Assembly: GCA_018672235.1 (NCBI GenBank) | Contig: JABHGE010000023.1 | Span: 915-64,914 of the forward strand | Direction: 5' to 3' | DNA from: Fidelibacterota bacterium | GTDB lineage: Bacteria; Fidelibacterota; Marinisomatia; Marinisomatales; Marinisomataceae | DNA length: 64,000 nucleotides | Notes under the pieces: generated by a model | The model's input: the letters and a program-made list of their open reading frames with translations, nothing else | Database searches by the model: none | What the model was told of the DNA's origin: nothing | In this document: positions 8,500 to 19,352 of the stretch, in pieces | How positions within the stretch are numbered: position 1 is the first letter of the stretch | How the letters are laid out: every line of letters starts with the position of its first letter | Program-made: the position numbers and the translations under genes

Positions 8500-10135
8500 T
8501 AACATTCTCAACCTGTTATTCTTCATGTTATTGATTGGGCCATTATTAGGCCAAGTTGATAATAGGTTTAATGTTTTTAGTTGGGAGCAATATAGTCAGG
8601 TAGGTGGAGTTAATTCCATATCAGAAGATTATTCATATTTTTACTTTGGCACAGAGAATGCAGGAATTTTAAGACTAAATAAATTCTCCCAACAATTTGT
8701 AAAGCCAATTACTCAAGCCCAAGGAATAAAGTCTCAATCAATCGAACATATTTATTTTGACGAATATACAGGGCTTTTATGGTCTGTAGGGGATAGCTTT
8801 ATTGAGTATAGTTTTTCTAGAGAGGGTAATTGGAATAAAATAGATTATAACTTGCTTTCACTGAAATCCGGTAACCAGATTATTGACATTGGAGCTAGTA
8901 AAAATTATATATGGCTACGATCAAATAGTAAATTTTTCAAATTAGACCATATTAATGGTGTTTTGGTTGGAGTGTATACTATGCCAGATGAGCAATCTAT
9001 TTCATGGGGAGATATCTCTTCTCAGGAATTAAAGTGGAATATTTTTGATTTCAATGATTATTTTGTTGAGGATGCGTGGCTATTAACATCGAATGGAGCT
9101 TCAGATAACAGAGGAAATTTTTCAAAATATTTGTCTTATTATAAGTCAGATAATGGCATTAATTGGATGTCACTTTCTAACGGATATATTTTAAAAATAG
9201 ATGAATTTAATAAATTGATAACACCCATATTCTATGGCCTTGCATGTGCAGTTCCAACATCCATGATTGATAATGAAATGTTATGGATCTCAGGTATTGG
9301 AAATAAATCATTCAATGGTATTACTAAATTTGACATAAATAATAATAATTTTGAAAATATACTATCTGACCATCATTTAAATTTTAGTAAAGATAATATT
9401 TATTCAAGTCTTATGGTTGGTGATGAGATCTGGTTTGGATTAGATAGTCAGGTTTTAGTTTACAATGTAAGAAAAAACTCATTTAGATCTATCGGTTTTG
9501 ACAAAGGTGTTCCCCGTGGTAAGATTCTTCACTTAGGGCATAAAAATGGATCAATATTTGCTGGATCTATTAATGGGGTTGTTGAAATAAATATAAGCTC
9601 CAAAGCAAGATTAGACAGCAAGATAGAGAAGTTTATTTTCTCTAGAAATTTGGCTTTGCAAGATGTAGAGAATTTTGAAGATAAAGTTTTTTTTGTTTTA
9701 AGTAATTCCATTTTCAGTTACGATTATGAAAAAGATAATATTTCTGCTTTGAATTGGAAAGATATCACCTTTGACAGTTCTATGAAAAGAAATCAAATTG
9801 ATATAGCCTCTAGATCAGTATCTAGGATTTTTTCTAGAAATGATAATTTGTATATAGTTACAGATTTAGGCGTTGTAGATTACATGAATCGTGCTTTAGT
9901 TATACCTTCAAGTCTTTATTTTAATTACAAAATAACAGATATTGCTGTAGTAGATAATTCTTTATTATTTCTCTCTACAGTAAGAGGTTTGGCTATTATT
10001 GATATAGAGACAAAAGAGCTTATTAATTATTATGATTTTCCATTTTTAAGAAATATTTATCAAATAAAACATATTGATGAATATTTAGTGTTACTAACGA
10101 GCAAAGGTTTAATTAAATTTAATTTCAACTTATGA
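8435..10135 (+). CDS. Exported beta-propeller-like hypothetical protein (true start may be near ATG 8525)
   Basis: Signal-like LLFFMLLIGPLLGQ; repeated short beta-strand units with W/F-G-T/S motifs (YFYFGTENAGI, IWFGLD, IFAGSING, LFLSTVRGL). Confidence 0.5.
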   Translation: MYRKSEKDISVIASTSIKAKNNNILNLLFFMLLIGPLLGQVDNRFNVFSWEQYSQVGGVNSISEDYSYFYFGTENAGILRLNKFSQQFVKPITQAQGIKSQSIEHIYFDEYTGLLWSVGDSFIEYSFSREGNWNKIDYNLLSLKSGNQIIDIGASKNYIWLRSNSKFFKLDHINGVLVGVYTMPDEQSISWGDISSQELKWNIFDFNDYFVEDAWLLTSNGASDNRGNFSKYLSYYKSDNGINWMSLSNGYILKIDEFNKLITPIFYGLACAVPTSMIDNEMLWISGIGNKSFNGITKFDINNNNFENILSDHHLNFSKDNIYSSLMVGDEIWFGLDSQVLVYNVRKNSFRSIGFDKGVPRGKILHLGHKNGSIFAGSINGVVEINISSKARLDSKIEKFIFSRNLALQDVENFEDKVFFVLSNSIFSYDYEKDNISALNWKDITFDSSMKRNQIDIASRSVSRIFSRNDNLYIVTDLGVVDYMNRALVIPSSLYFNYKITDIAVVDNSLLFLSTVRGLAIIDIETKELINYYDFPFLRNIYQIKHIDEYLVLLTSKGLIKFNFNL

Positions 10136-11355
10136 AAAATTTTATATCCATTTATGTAATATTGTTGAGCATAATATCTGCTCAAGGGTTAGATCGAAAT
10201 ATAGATCAGTTTAAAACTAATTCGTTCGTTCGTCCAGTTACAAGCGACTCTGTAGAGGTTTTATCTTTTATGGAAGTATCAAATAGCGCCTTACAATTTC
10301 TGAAGAAAGACAATCTTTTTGAGGCTAAATATGAAGTAAATATTGCTATACTAGATCAAGATAAGGAGAAGAGATTTTCTCAGCTATTTTCAGATACGAT
10401 TGTTGTTCAAAAATTTGGTGATACTACATCGAAGGTAAAGAAAAAGATAATAACAACAACAGCTGTTTTGCCATTTGCTAGTTATACGGTAACATCAACT
10501 TTAAAAGATCTAGATATAAAGCTCTCAGGAAAGAGGGATGAAGAAATCGATTTGAAAGATTTGTCAAAAAACACATATTTTAAAATATATGATCCAATAT
10601 TTGTAAGAAAAGCAGAAGGTCTGTGGGGGTTTGGTACAAATAAATTTCCTATTCCGGCTAGCAGAGTGATCCCCGATAGTAATAATATTTCTTTCTATCA
10701 ATATGTTGTTTTAAATCCAGGTTCATATAATATCACAATAAGTGTTGTTGGGGATAAAAAAATACAATGGGAAGATTCTATCGACGGTATTTCAGAAGGT
10801 GCTGTAGTAAGTTATCTAGCGAATATACCTATCAAAGATATTGATAAAAGAGATTTAAAAATTAAGGTAGTAGTGAGTCAAAGTGGCAACGTTTCATCGA
10901 AATCATTTCCATTCAAAATAAAGAATACTACATTTTTTGACGAAATTGACAATATCGATGTTGCGTTAGCTCAAATGAGTTATATTTTAACATCAGAAGA
11001 AAAGAAAGAGTTGAAAAATCTCAAACAATCAGAAAAAGAAATTTTCTTTAAAAAAGTTTGGGCAAAAAGAGATCCTGTCGTTCAAACAAAGGTTAATGAA
11101 CTTATGCAAGAGTACTATACTAGAGTTGCTTTTGCGGAAGAAAATTTTTCAAGAGGGACTTCCGGTGGATGGAAGTCAGATATGGGAATGGTTTATATTT
11201 TATTTGGAAAGCCCGATGACATGGCACGTTCAATGAATATGCAGGGTAGTTATAGTTATGAAACATGGTACTATTTCCAAATTGGAGAAGAATTTACTTT
11301 TATTGATGAATATGGATTCGGAGATTATAGGCTGAAAACGCCATTGCTATATTAA
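10132..11355 (+). CDS. GWxTD domain-containing exported protein
   Basis: Signal peptide; C-terminal FFKKVWAKRDP...NELMQEYYTRV..A...F...GWKSDMGMVYILFGKPD...ETWYY. Confidence 0.85.
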   Translation: MKNFISIYVILLSIISAQGLDRNIDQFKTNSFVRPVTSDSVEVLSFMEVSNSALQFLKKDNLFEAKYEVNIAILDQDKEKRFSQLFSDTIVVQKFGDTTSKVKKKIITTTAVLPFASYTVTSTLKDLDIKLSGKRDEEIDLKDLSKNTYFKIYDPIFVRKAEGLWGFGTNKFPIPASRVIPDSNNISFYQYVVLNPGSYNITISVVGDKKIQWEDSIDGISEGAVVSYLANIPIKDIDKRDLKIKVVVSQSGNVSSKSFPFKIKNTTFFDEIDNIDVALAQMSYILTSEEKKELKNLKQSEKEIFFKKVWAKRDPVVQTKVNELMQEYYTRVAFAEENFSRGTSGGWKSDMGMVYILFGKPDDMARSMNMQGSYSYETWYYFQIGEEFTFIDEYGFGDYRLKTPLLY

Positions 11356-11360
11356 ATATT

Positions 11361-11885
11361 ATGAAGAACGAAGAAAAATTAATTAAAATTTTAGAAAGAT
11401 TTAGAGATAAGTTATCTTCTAAGGAGATTGCTTTGATAGATAGGTTAGTTGAAGTGCCAAAAACTATAAAAGACTCATGGGATAGTAGCGATACATCTTA
11501 CAAGCTTTTTACAGATGGAGCATCACAGCTCGATAAGAACAATGCTGGTATTGGAGGTTTGTTAAAAAGTGGCCAAGATATAGTGTTTTCTTTTGCTGAA
11601 AATATAGGCGATTGTACTAATAATGAAGCGGAATATTTAGCGCTAATCAGAGGGATTGAACTCTGTATTGAAAACAAAATACTAGATGTAAATTTTTTTT
11701 GTGATAGTGAGTTGATTGTAAGGCAGGTCAATGGTGATTATAAAGTAAAAAATGAAAGAATGATTAAGCTTCATGCTAGAACCTTGGATTTGTGTTCAAT
11801 GCTAAACAACTGGTCAGTTTCACATGTTCTTAGAGATAAAAATACAGAAGCAGATCTTTTGAGTAAAGAAGGCCTTACTAAATAA
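11361..11885 (+). CDS. rnhA: Ribonuclease HI family protein
   Basis: FTDGAS, TNNEAEYLAL, DSELIVRQVNGDYKVK, HVLRDKNTEAD. Confidence 0.9.
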   Translation: MKNEEKLIKILERFRDKLSSKEIALIDRLVEVPKTIKDSWDSSDTSYKLFTDGASQLDKNNAGIGGLLKSGQDIVFSFAENIGDCTNNEAEYLALIRGIELCIENKILDVNFFCDSELIVRQVNGDYKVKNERMIKLHARTLDLCSMLNNWSVSHVLRDKNTEADLLSKEGLTK

Positions 11886-11928
11886 AAAAAACTAAGGAAT
11901 GAGAATAATATTTTATAAGTTATAGACT

Positions 11929-12969
11929 ATGAATTTCTTCAATAAAATTAAAGACACCTTTAGCGATAGTTTCAACTGGGTTAGCGGCGATATTGCTATT
12001 GACCTTGGAACAGCTAATACTTTGATATGGTTAGCTGGTAAGGGAATTATTGTCAATGAGCCATCTATCATTGCTAGATCTACAAAAACAGGAGCAGTTA
12101 TTGCTGTTGGTGAAGATGCTAAGCAGATGTTAGGTAAGACTCATGAAGGTATCGAAACTATTCGTCCATTGCGAGATGGAGTAATTGCTGACTATACGGC
12201 TGTAGATGAAATGTTACAGGGTTTTATCAGAAAAGTAAATTTAAATCGCCTGACTAGACCAAGAATGGTTATTTGCGTGCCATCCGGTGTTACTGAGGTA
12301 GAAAGAAGAGCTGTAAAAGATTCTGGAGAAAAGCAGGCAGCTAGAGAGGTATTTTTAGTAGACGAACCTGTTGCTGCAGCAATCGGAATAGGTTTAGATA
12401 TTAGTAAGCCTGTAGGTAATATTATTGTTGATATCGGTGGAGGAACTACTGAAGTAGCTGTGATATCGTTAAACGGCGTCGTCACTAAAAAAGCTATTAG
12501 AGTTGCTGGAGATGAAATGGATGACGCAATACAGCATTGGTTTAGAAATGAACATAAGTTAGAGATCGGAGCACAGACAGCAGAGCAGATAAAAATTACA
12601 GTCGGTTCCGCTATGAGGGCAAGATCTAAGAATATTTTAGTCAAAGGAAGAGATTTAGTATCGGGGATACCTAAAACAATAGATATTAGATCGGATGAAA
12701 TTAGACAAGCATTGAAAGATCCGGTAAAAAGAATTTTAGATGTAATTAAGGATGCGTTAGAAGCAACACCAGCCGAACTATCTTCAGATATTATAGATAG
12801 AGGAATTATTCTTGCTGGAGGAGGTTCTCAATTGAGAGGTCTTGACCAAGTCTTGCGTGAAAAAACAGGCGTACCTGTCAATGTTGCCGATGAACCACAT
12901 TTAGCAATTGTTAAAGGATGTGGGGCAGTAATAGAAGATTTAGAAAAATTTAAGCATGTCCTTCTTTAA
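11929..12969 (+). CDS. mreB: Rod shape-determining protein MreB
   Basis: IAIDLGTANT, VDIGGGTTEVAVISL, LAGGGSQL. Confidence 0.97.
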   Translation: MNFFNKIKDTFSDSFNWVSGDIAIDLGTANTLIWLAGKGIIVNEPSIIARSTKTGAVIAVGEDAKQMLGKTHEGIETIRPLRDGVIADYTAVDEMLQGFIRKVNLNRLTRPRMVICVPSGVTEVERRAVKDSGEKQAAREVFLVDEPVAAAIGIGLDISKPVGNIIVDIGGGTTEVAVISLNGVVTKKAIRVAGDEMDDAIQHWFRNEHKLEIGAQTAEQIKITVGSAMRARSKNILVKGRDLVSGIPKTIDIRSDEIRQALKDPVKRILDVIKDALEATPAELSSDIIDRGIILAGGGSQLRGLDQVLREKTGVPVNVADEPHLAIVKGCGAVIEDLEKFKHVLL

Positions 12970-12971
12970 GA

Positions 12972-13760
12972 ATGACTAAGACTGAATTAATCCTCAAAAA
13001 AAATTTAGATATCTATATTTTATTCGTTTGTGTCTTTTTTTCATTCATTCTCATTTTTAATAATAATAATCAAAAAATTCAAAAATTTAGATCTAGTGCA
13101 TTAGATACGTTTTCTTTTGTGTATCAACCTTTTAATTGGTTAGATAATCAAATTTTTTTAATTAAAAAACTTGAAGTCTTATCTTATGAAAATTTAAAAC
13201 TTAATCTAGAGAATCAGATTTTATCTTCAAATAAAGTTGAGAATGAGAGATTGAGGGATTTATTAAAATTTAAAAAACGCAATGAATTGAACTTAATTGG
13301 AGCAGACATTTTGTCTAAAGGCGTTAACGCTAACATGTCATCTGTTCTAGTAGATCGAGGCCTTGTAGATGGGATAGAGAGAAATAATGCAGTATTATCA
13401 TCTCGAGGAGTGGTAGGAAAGATTGTTTTTGTATCAAATAATCATTCGGGTGTACAGTTAGTAAGTGATGTAGACTTTAGAGTAAGTGTAAAAATAATGC
13501 CATCTGAAGCTGAAGGTATCATGCGTTGGATAAAAAACGATATATGTGAAATTGCAGAAGTTCAATCAACATCAGATATTGAAATTGGTGATATTGTTTT
13601 AACTTCAAATCTTAGTATACACTTCCCAGAAAGTTTGCCAGTAGGTGAAGTGGTCAGTATTCATAAGAAATCGAATAGTTCAAATAAGGTTGTGCGTATG
13701 AAGCTTTTTTCTGATCTAGCTACTTTGAATCAATTATTTATCGTTAGAAAGGGTGAGTAA
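12972..13760 (+). CDS. mreC: Rod shape-determining protein MreC
   Basis: N-terminal TM, coiled coil ENERLRDLL, GVVGKI, GDIVLTS...FPESLPVGEV; follows mreB. Confidence 0.93.
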   Translation: MTKTELILKKNLDIYILFVCVFFSFILIFNNNNQKIQKFRSSALDTFSFVYQPFNWLDNQIFLIKKLEVLSYENLKLNLENQILSSNKVENERLRDLLKFKKRNELNLIGADILSKGVNANMSSVLVDRGLVDGIERNNAVLSSRGVVGKIVFVSNNHSGVQLVSDVDFRVSVKIMPSEAEGIMRWIKNDICEIAEVQSTSDIEIGDIVLTSNLSIHFPESLPVGEVVSIHKKSNSSNKVVRMKLFSDLATLNQLFIVRKGE

Positions 13761-14244
13761 AATCATGAGAGTATATCTTATATATTTCTTGATTTCAATT
13801 GTACTTCAACTAGCTTTTGCAGAACTATTAACTGTAAATGGATTTCAACCTAATATTATATTATTATTTATCATTTTATCTTCCATATCCATGGATAATG
13901 CTTCTCGATCAACAATGGCAGGTTTTTTTGTCGGATTATTTTCTGACCTAGTTCTATTCAATGGTTTTTATTTAGGTTTATCTAGTCTTGTTTTTTCAGT
14001 ATGTGGTTATCTTTCTTCTCAAGTAAGCTTTAATTTTGCACACAGGAATTTTGATCTATATTGGCTAATCCTAGTGTTTGTAGGGAGTGGACTTTATTCA
14101 TTATTCAGGTATGATTTTTTCTTTTTTAATGATATGATATTTTTCTTAAAAAATTGGTTTTCTGTATCAATTTATACTTCATTTGTTGGGTTTCTTATCA
14201 CTAGAGCTTTTAGAGTAAAACAATTAGTTTTAGAAGATGCTTAA
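13753..14244 (+). CDS. mreD: Rod shape-determining protein MreD
   Basis: Polytopic, PNIILL and GFFVGLFSDL motifs; position between mreC and mrdA. Confidence 0.85.
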   Translation: MSKIMRVYLIYFLISIVLQLAFAELLTVNGFQPNIILLFIILSSISMDNASRSTMAGFFVGLFSDLVLFNGFYLGLSSLVFSVCGYLSSQVSFNFAHRNFDLYWLILVFVGSGLYSLFRYDFFFFNDMIFFLKNWFSVSIYTSFVGFLITRAFRVKQLVLEDA

Positions 14245-16009
14245 AATAGATAATAAGGCAGATATTTTTCACTATAGGACATTGTTGTTTATACTATGCT
14301 TTTCTCTTTCCTCTCTTATTGGTAGATACTTCTATTTACAGGTTATCGACCATGAAAGACATTTTTCTAAATCTGAAGTTAATAGCGTTAAAGCATTGAC
14401 AACGTATGCTCCAAGAGGATTGATTATGGATCGTCACGGAGAGATATTAGTCGATAATTATCCAACTTATATTTTGACAGCAACTCCATATGAATTAAAA
14501 GATAGAGACGAAGTATTTATAAAATTGTCATCTATTGTGAATGTTAGCGCAGAAGAATTAGATAGAAAGTATAAGAAATTTTATAGAGGACGTTTTCTTC
14601 CAACTACTATTGCTAAAAACTTAACATTTCAGGAAATTTCTCAAATAGAAGAAATGAGATTAGAGTTTCCAGGTATTCAGTACAGTCGATCTGATGAAAG
14701 AATATATTCTCCTATTTTAAATGACGCTCATTTCTTAGGATATTTAAGAGAGGTGGATAGGGATACTATTCCTAAGCTTGATAAAAAATTACTTTATAGA
14801 GCGGGAGAGTTGATTGGTTGGCAAGGAGTTGAAAAGGAATATGAAAGAGAATTGCGATTTTCAAAAGGAATTGATTATATAGAAGTTGATACTTATGGTC
14901 GTGAAATTTTGAGATTAAATGACAGTAATATACCTGCCTTTCCAGGAGAAAATCTTTCATTGACAATTGATGCTAGCTTACAAAGATACTGTAGAAATAT
15001 TTTAGAAGGAAAGAAGGGATCTGTATTAGTTTCTAATGTTGATACAGGTGAAATATTAAGTATGGTTAGTGCTCCATCATACGATTTGAGTATTTATAGA
15101 GGAAAGACATTAGATTCTGAATGGAATAATTTATTAAAAAATAAAGATAATCCACTATTAAACAGATCTATTGCAGGTCTTTATCCTGCGGGATCAAAAC
15201 TAAAACTGATAACTGTCATCAATTTGATTGAAAAGAACTTGGTGGATCCATCAGATAGCTTAATGTGTACAGGTGTTTATATTCCACCTGGAAGCACAAA
15301 TGAATTTCGTTGTTGGAATGAAAATGGACATGGTCTTGTTGATTTAAATAAAGCCATCGCACAATCTTGTAATATATATTTTTATGAGACAGTTCAGCTT
15401 ATAAGTTTGGAAGATTGGACGGGTACTGCAAAAAAATTTGGATTTAATGGATCAACAAAAATTGATTTACCAAATGAAAAAAATGGATTAATTCCAGATA
15501 AGGATTTTTATATTAGAAACTATGGAAGATGGGGTTGGTCAGAGAGAGGTGTTTTACTAAATCTGACATTAGGTCAAGGCGACATTCTAATTACTCCTGT
15601 TCAGGCATTAAGATTTATTAATCATATTGCATCCAGAGGGGAGACACCCCAATTAAGATTAAGTCTATCTAAGGAAACATCCTATTATGATAAGATTTTA
15701 TATACAGAAAAAGTATGGAATCATATTTGGGATGGAATGTTTGATGCTGTTAATGCAGATCAAGGAAGTGGTTGGAGAGCTCGATTAAAAGGTTCAGATA
15801 TTAAGCTTTTCGGTAAAACAAGTACTGCTGAGAATCCTCATGGAGAGCCTCATGCATGGTTTATTGGATTCTTTGAGGTTGAAGGCACAACATATTCAAT
15901 TGTTGTTATGATTGAAAATGGAGGAGGAGGAGGAGCTGTAGCCTCACCGATTGCAGGAGATATAGTTTCATATTATATCAATTCTTTTAAATCTTTAGCG
16001 AAGAAATGA
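14237..16009 (+). CDS. mrdA: Penicillin-binding protein 2
   Basis: APRGLIMDRHG, YPAGSKLK (SxxK), QSCNIYFY (SxN), GKTSTAEN, HAWFIGF. Confidence 0.93.
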   Translation: MLKIDNKADIFHYRTLLFILCFSLSSLIGRYFYLQVIDHERHFSKSEVNSVKALTTYAPRGLIMDRHGEILVDNYPTYILTATPYELKDRDEVFIKLSSIVNVSAEELDRKYKKFYRGRFLPTTIAKNLTFQEISQIEEMRLEFPGIQYSRSDERIYSPILNDAHFLGYLREVDRDTIPKLDKKLLYRAGELIGWQGVEKEYERELRFSKGIDYIEVDTYGREILRLNDSNIPAFPGENLSLTIDASLQRYCRNILEGKKGSVLVSNVDTGEILSMVSAPSYDLSIYRGKTLDSEWNNLLKNKDNPLLNRSIAGLYPAGSKLKLITVINLIEKNLVDPSDSLMCTGVYIPPGSTNEFRCWNENGHGLVDLNKAIAQSCNIYFYETVQLISLEDWTGTAKKFGFNGSTKIDLPNEKNGLIPDKDFYIRNYGRWGWSERGVLLNLTLGQGDILITPVQALRFINHIASRGETPQLRLSLSKETSYYDKILYTEKVWNHIWDGMFDAVNADQGSGWRARLKGSDIKLFGKTSTAENPHGEPHAWFIGFFEVEGTTYSIVVMIENGGGGGAVASPIAGDIVSYYINSFKSLAKK

Positions 16010-17232
16010 AAATGGTATTTATAAATAAATTTATATTAAGCGGTACAAAAGATTCTCTGTTCAGGCTATTTTTTATAATTATCGGATTAACCGCTTTCAG
16101 TCTAATTACCTTATATAGTATTTCTGATAATCCATTAAGTTTTAATAGCTCTTTCTATAGACAATCTATTTTCCTTATTTTTTCATCTATAGTTTTTATT
16201 ATTGTCCAAAACATAAAAATGAAGACAATTCATGATAATTCAACTTTCATATTCATAGGAACTGTTATTTTATGTATTGTTCCATTTTTTTTACCTGCAG
16301 TAGAGTATACTTATAGATGGATTGACCTTGGTTTCTTTTATATTCAGCCATCAGAATATCTCAAATGCGCTACGGTGATTGTGATTGCTAAGTACTTATC
16401 CAATCATCAATTAGAAGTAAAAGATAATTCTATCATCCTAATTCCTTCAGCGTTGACCTTACTATCTGCTTTCATAGTATTAAATCAGCCAGATTTAGGT
16501 ACAGCAGTTATTATTTGTGCGCCACTGCTCCCGATGTTGCTTTGGGCGGGAGTAAGTAACTTTATGATTTTTTTAATGATAGCACCAGTCATCACAGTTT
16601 TAGCAGCATCAAATATTATTTCTTTTACTATATGGGCTATTATAATGTTTATCTTTTTTCTTATATTTCAGGCAAGTATTCTTACAAAATCTATGTTATA
16701 TTTTGCCAATATTTTTACAGGACTCCTAACTCCATTTTTATGGAATAATCTAGCTGAATATCAAAAGCAAAGAATTTTAACATTTTTAAATCCAGACCTC
16801 GACCCTATGGGATCTGCTTATCATATTATTCAAAGCATTACTGCGATTGGATCTGGAGGATTGTTTGGAAAGGGATGGGGGTTAGGTTCTCAGACACAAT
16901 TAAAATTTTTACCAGTACAGGAGTCTGACTTTATTTTATCTGTTATAGCTGAGGAGTTAGGATTTTTTGGAATTTTTTGTGTGATGATTCTCTGTTTTTT
17001 GTTAATTAAAACACTTCTAGATATCGCATTTCGATCTCCTGACTACTTTGCCAGCTTAGTTATAGTAGGATTAGGATCAATACTATTATCTCATATATTC
17101 ATAAATTCTGCTATGACAATAGGTTTGATACCAGTGAAAGGTCTTCCAATACCGTTTATTTCTGCTGGAGGATCATTTTTATTGTCCTGTTTTATTATGA
17201 TTGGATTGGTAGTTAGTTTTTCAAAAAATTAA
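16006..17232 (+). CDS. rodA: Rod shape-determining protein RodA (SEDS)
   Basis: IQPSEYLK, QPDLGTA, YQKQRILTFLNP, SDFILSVIAEELG, LPIPFISAGGS. Confidence 0.95.
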   Translation: MKMVFINKFILSGTKDSLFRLFFIIIGLTAFSLITLYSISDNPLSFNSSFYRQSIFLIFSSIVFIIVQNIKMKTIHDNSTFIFIGTVILCIVPFFLPAVEYTYRWIDLGFFYIQPSEYLKCATVIVIAKYLSNHQLEVKDNSIILIPSALTLLSAFIVLNQPDLGTAVIICAPLLPMLLWAGVSNFMIFLMIAPVITVLAASNIISFTIWAIIMFIFFLIFQASILTKSMLYFANIFTGLLTPFLWNNLAEYQKQRILTFLNPDLDPMGSAYHIIQSITAIGSGGLFGKGWGLGSQTQLKFLPVQESDFILSVIAEELGFFGIFCVMILCFLLIKTLLDIAFRSPDYFASLVIVGLGSILLSHIFINSAMTIGLIPVKGLPIPFISAGGSFLLSCFIMIGLVVSFSKN

Positions 17233-17245
17233 TTATTATTCAGAG

Positions 17246-17274
17246 TTGAAGTTTTCAGTGTCTATCGTTAATTT
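17246..17274 (+). promoter_or_regulatory. Putative sigma70 promoter upstream of the glycogen-synthase-like gene
   Basis: TTGAAG, 17 bp spacer, TAATTT. Confidence 0.4.
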
Positions 17275-17291
17275 CTTTCTACTCATTTACC

Positions 17292-18098
17292 ATGATAAAA
17301 AAACTCTTCTATATAACTAGTGAAATGGATCCGTTTGCATCGGTCTCACCTTTATCTGATCTTTCCGTCAAGGTTCCTTTAGGTTTACAGGAAAAAGGGA
17401 ACGATGTTAGATGTCTAATGCCGAAATATGGATTTATTAGTGAGAGAAAATATATCCTTAGAGAAGTTATTCGTTTAAGGGAGATCTTATTTAATTTTGA
17501 TGGTGTTGATTATAAATGTTCAGCTAAAAGCGCTTTTTTACCAAAATCAAGATTGCAAGTTTACTTTCTAGAAAATGAAGATGTTTTTGGAGATTTAAAT
17601 AATCTTTTATATAAAGCAAAAAATGGCAGATTTTTAAATGATAACGATAAAAGATTTGCTACCTATTGTTTAGCAGCAATTAAAATGCTTCCTAATCTAT
17701 TCTGGTATCCTAACGTTATTATCTGTAGTGGATGGACATCGGCATTAATACCTATGCTAGTTAAAATTCTAGCAAAGGATGACAAAGATTTAGCCAAAAT
17801 AAAGACTGTATATATCGCAAGCTCTTTGAATGAAGATATTATTTTTAACCCTGAAAATCTTGGATTTAATGAAGGAACTTTTTCACCGTTGAAGTCATTA
17901 AACTTAAATCAAATCGGATGTTTGTATGCAGATAAAACTATCATTGTTAATGGAGCTGAAAAAGTATCTCCTAAATTGAAAAAATTGAAAGTTTTTAAAG
18001 ATGCTAAGAATTGCTCTGTTGTAGATCTTGATTATGGAGATAATACTGACTATGCTCCTTTGTTGGATGCTATCGAATTGGGAATAAAAAAAATATAA
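17292..18098 (+). CDS. Short glycogen/starch synthase-like protein (N-terminal GT5 domain only)
   Basis: ITSEMDPF, GNDVRCLMPKYG, QVYFLENE, DNDKRF, PNVIICSGW; 268 aa, no C-terminal GT1 domain. Confidence 0.75.
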   Translation: MIKKLFYITSEMDPFASVSPLSDLSVKVPLGLQEKGNDVRCLMPKYGFISERKYILREVIRLREILFNFDGVDYKCSAKSAFLPKSRLQVYFLENEDVFGDLNNLLYKAKNGRFLNDNDKRFATYCLAAIKMLPNLFWYPNVIICSGWTSALIPMLVKILAKDDKDLAKIKTVYIASSLNEDIIFNPENLGFNEGTFSPLKSLNLNQIGCLYADKTIIVNGAEKVSPKLKKLKVFKDAKNCSVVDLDYGDNTDYAPLLDAIELGIKKI

Positions 18099-18101
18099 AT
18101 A

Positions 18102-19352
18102 ATGAACAATTATTTTTCTCTAAAATGGATATCAATTGCAAGCATTGTATGCTTGTTTCTTAGTGCATGCTCAGAAGAAACTATCGTTTATAGCGAGATA
18201 GAAAATCCAAACTATACTATAAATACACTCACGCTTCCATTAGATCAAAATAAAATATTTCAAATCAGTCCAACACTAGGATCAAATACAAAATTTTTCT
18301 TTGGAGATGTTAAAGGTTCTGAAAATTTATTTTCCCTATTTAGTCTTACACTATTTTCAGGTTCACTGCCACCAACTGCTTTATTTGACTTATTAGCAGA
18401 TTCAATACAGGTTGACAGTGCGTTGGTTTATATGCAGACTCAGGATACTATAAATTCAACATCAAATCTATACTTATATTCAGTTTTAGCAACTGAAGAT
18501 AGTATTTTTTCTGAAGATTCTACTAGTTATTATTCACTAGATAATTATATGGATTTTGAAAATAATGCTACATTATTACATCAGATTCCATTAGCTAATA
18601 TTGAGCCTGACAGCGTAGGATATGATACGTTAAATTTTTTATTTAAAGATGACAATCTTGAATTATTAAAAGAGTTCTATTTTGATGCATTTACATATCC
18701 AGCAAGAACTTTTATGCTTAAGGTCGACGATGGTTTAGACGAGTTGTTTACAATTGAAAGTGACGAAAGTAATAATCAACCAAGAATGAGAGTGTGGTAT
18801 AAAGCGACAGTAAACGATACCACCACTATAGATACTTCAATTCTCTTCTTTGGAGATAAAGGTCTTAGTATTTTTTCTCCACCAATCATAGAAGAAGGAG
18901 ATTCTAACTATATTACGCTTAATTCTGGATCAGGAGTTCGATCAATCTTACGATACGATTTAGATATTATTAATGAGTTAGAGAGAAATTCTATAGTAAA
19001 AAATGCAAATCTCGTACTAAATATAGAATCGTCAAATCTTGAAGATGACGATGAGTTTTATGTTGTTGTTGCGGCGCTTTCAGATTCTGTAAAAAATTGG
19101 GATTTCACTACATTCCTATCTGACGATGAATCTCTAAGTGATTCAGCTTACGTTTCAGATCAAAATTTTATTATATCAAGAAAAATAGAAGATGGAAAGA
19201 TAGAAATTCCTATTCAATCTTTTCTTCAAGGGTATAAAAATGAGTTAATTGAGAATCATGGTTTAATACTGTACAGTCCTCCGGCAAATAGTCCTTTTGA
19301 TAAAGTCAGATTAACTACAGAGTCCGTAGAGGTTTTATATGTTAAGCCGTAG
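18102..19352 (+). CDS. Acidic lipoprotein, DUF4270-like
   Basis: Lipobox LSAC; beta-rich acidic sequence; follows the short glycogen-synthase-like gene as in Bacteroidota (recall). Confidence 0.5.
   Translation: MNNYFSLKWISIASIVCLFLSACSEETIVYSEIENPNYTINTLTLPLDQNKIFQISPTLGSNTKFFFGDVKGSENLFSLFSLTLFSGSLPPTALFDLLADSIQVDSALVYMQTQDTINSTSNLYLYSVLATEDSIFSEDSTSYYSLDNYMDFENNATLLHQIPLANIEPDSVGYDTLNFLFKDDNLELLKEFYFDAFTYPARTFMLKVDDGLDELFTIESDESNNQPRMRVWYKATVNDTTTIDTSILFFGDKGLSIFSPPIIEEGDSNYITLNSGSGVRSILRYDLDIINELERNSIVKNANLVLNIESSNLEDDDEFYVVVAALSDSVKNWDFTTFLSDDESLSDSAYVSDQNFIISRKIEDGKIEIPIQSFLQGYKNELIENHGLILYSPPANSPFDKVRLTTESVEVLYVKP

Noticed and set aside
15820-15840. PBP2 third motif KTS instead of KTG
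   Set aside because: A single conservative change; SxxK and SxN are intact, so it is not evidence of altered function.
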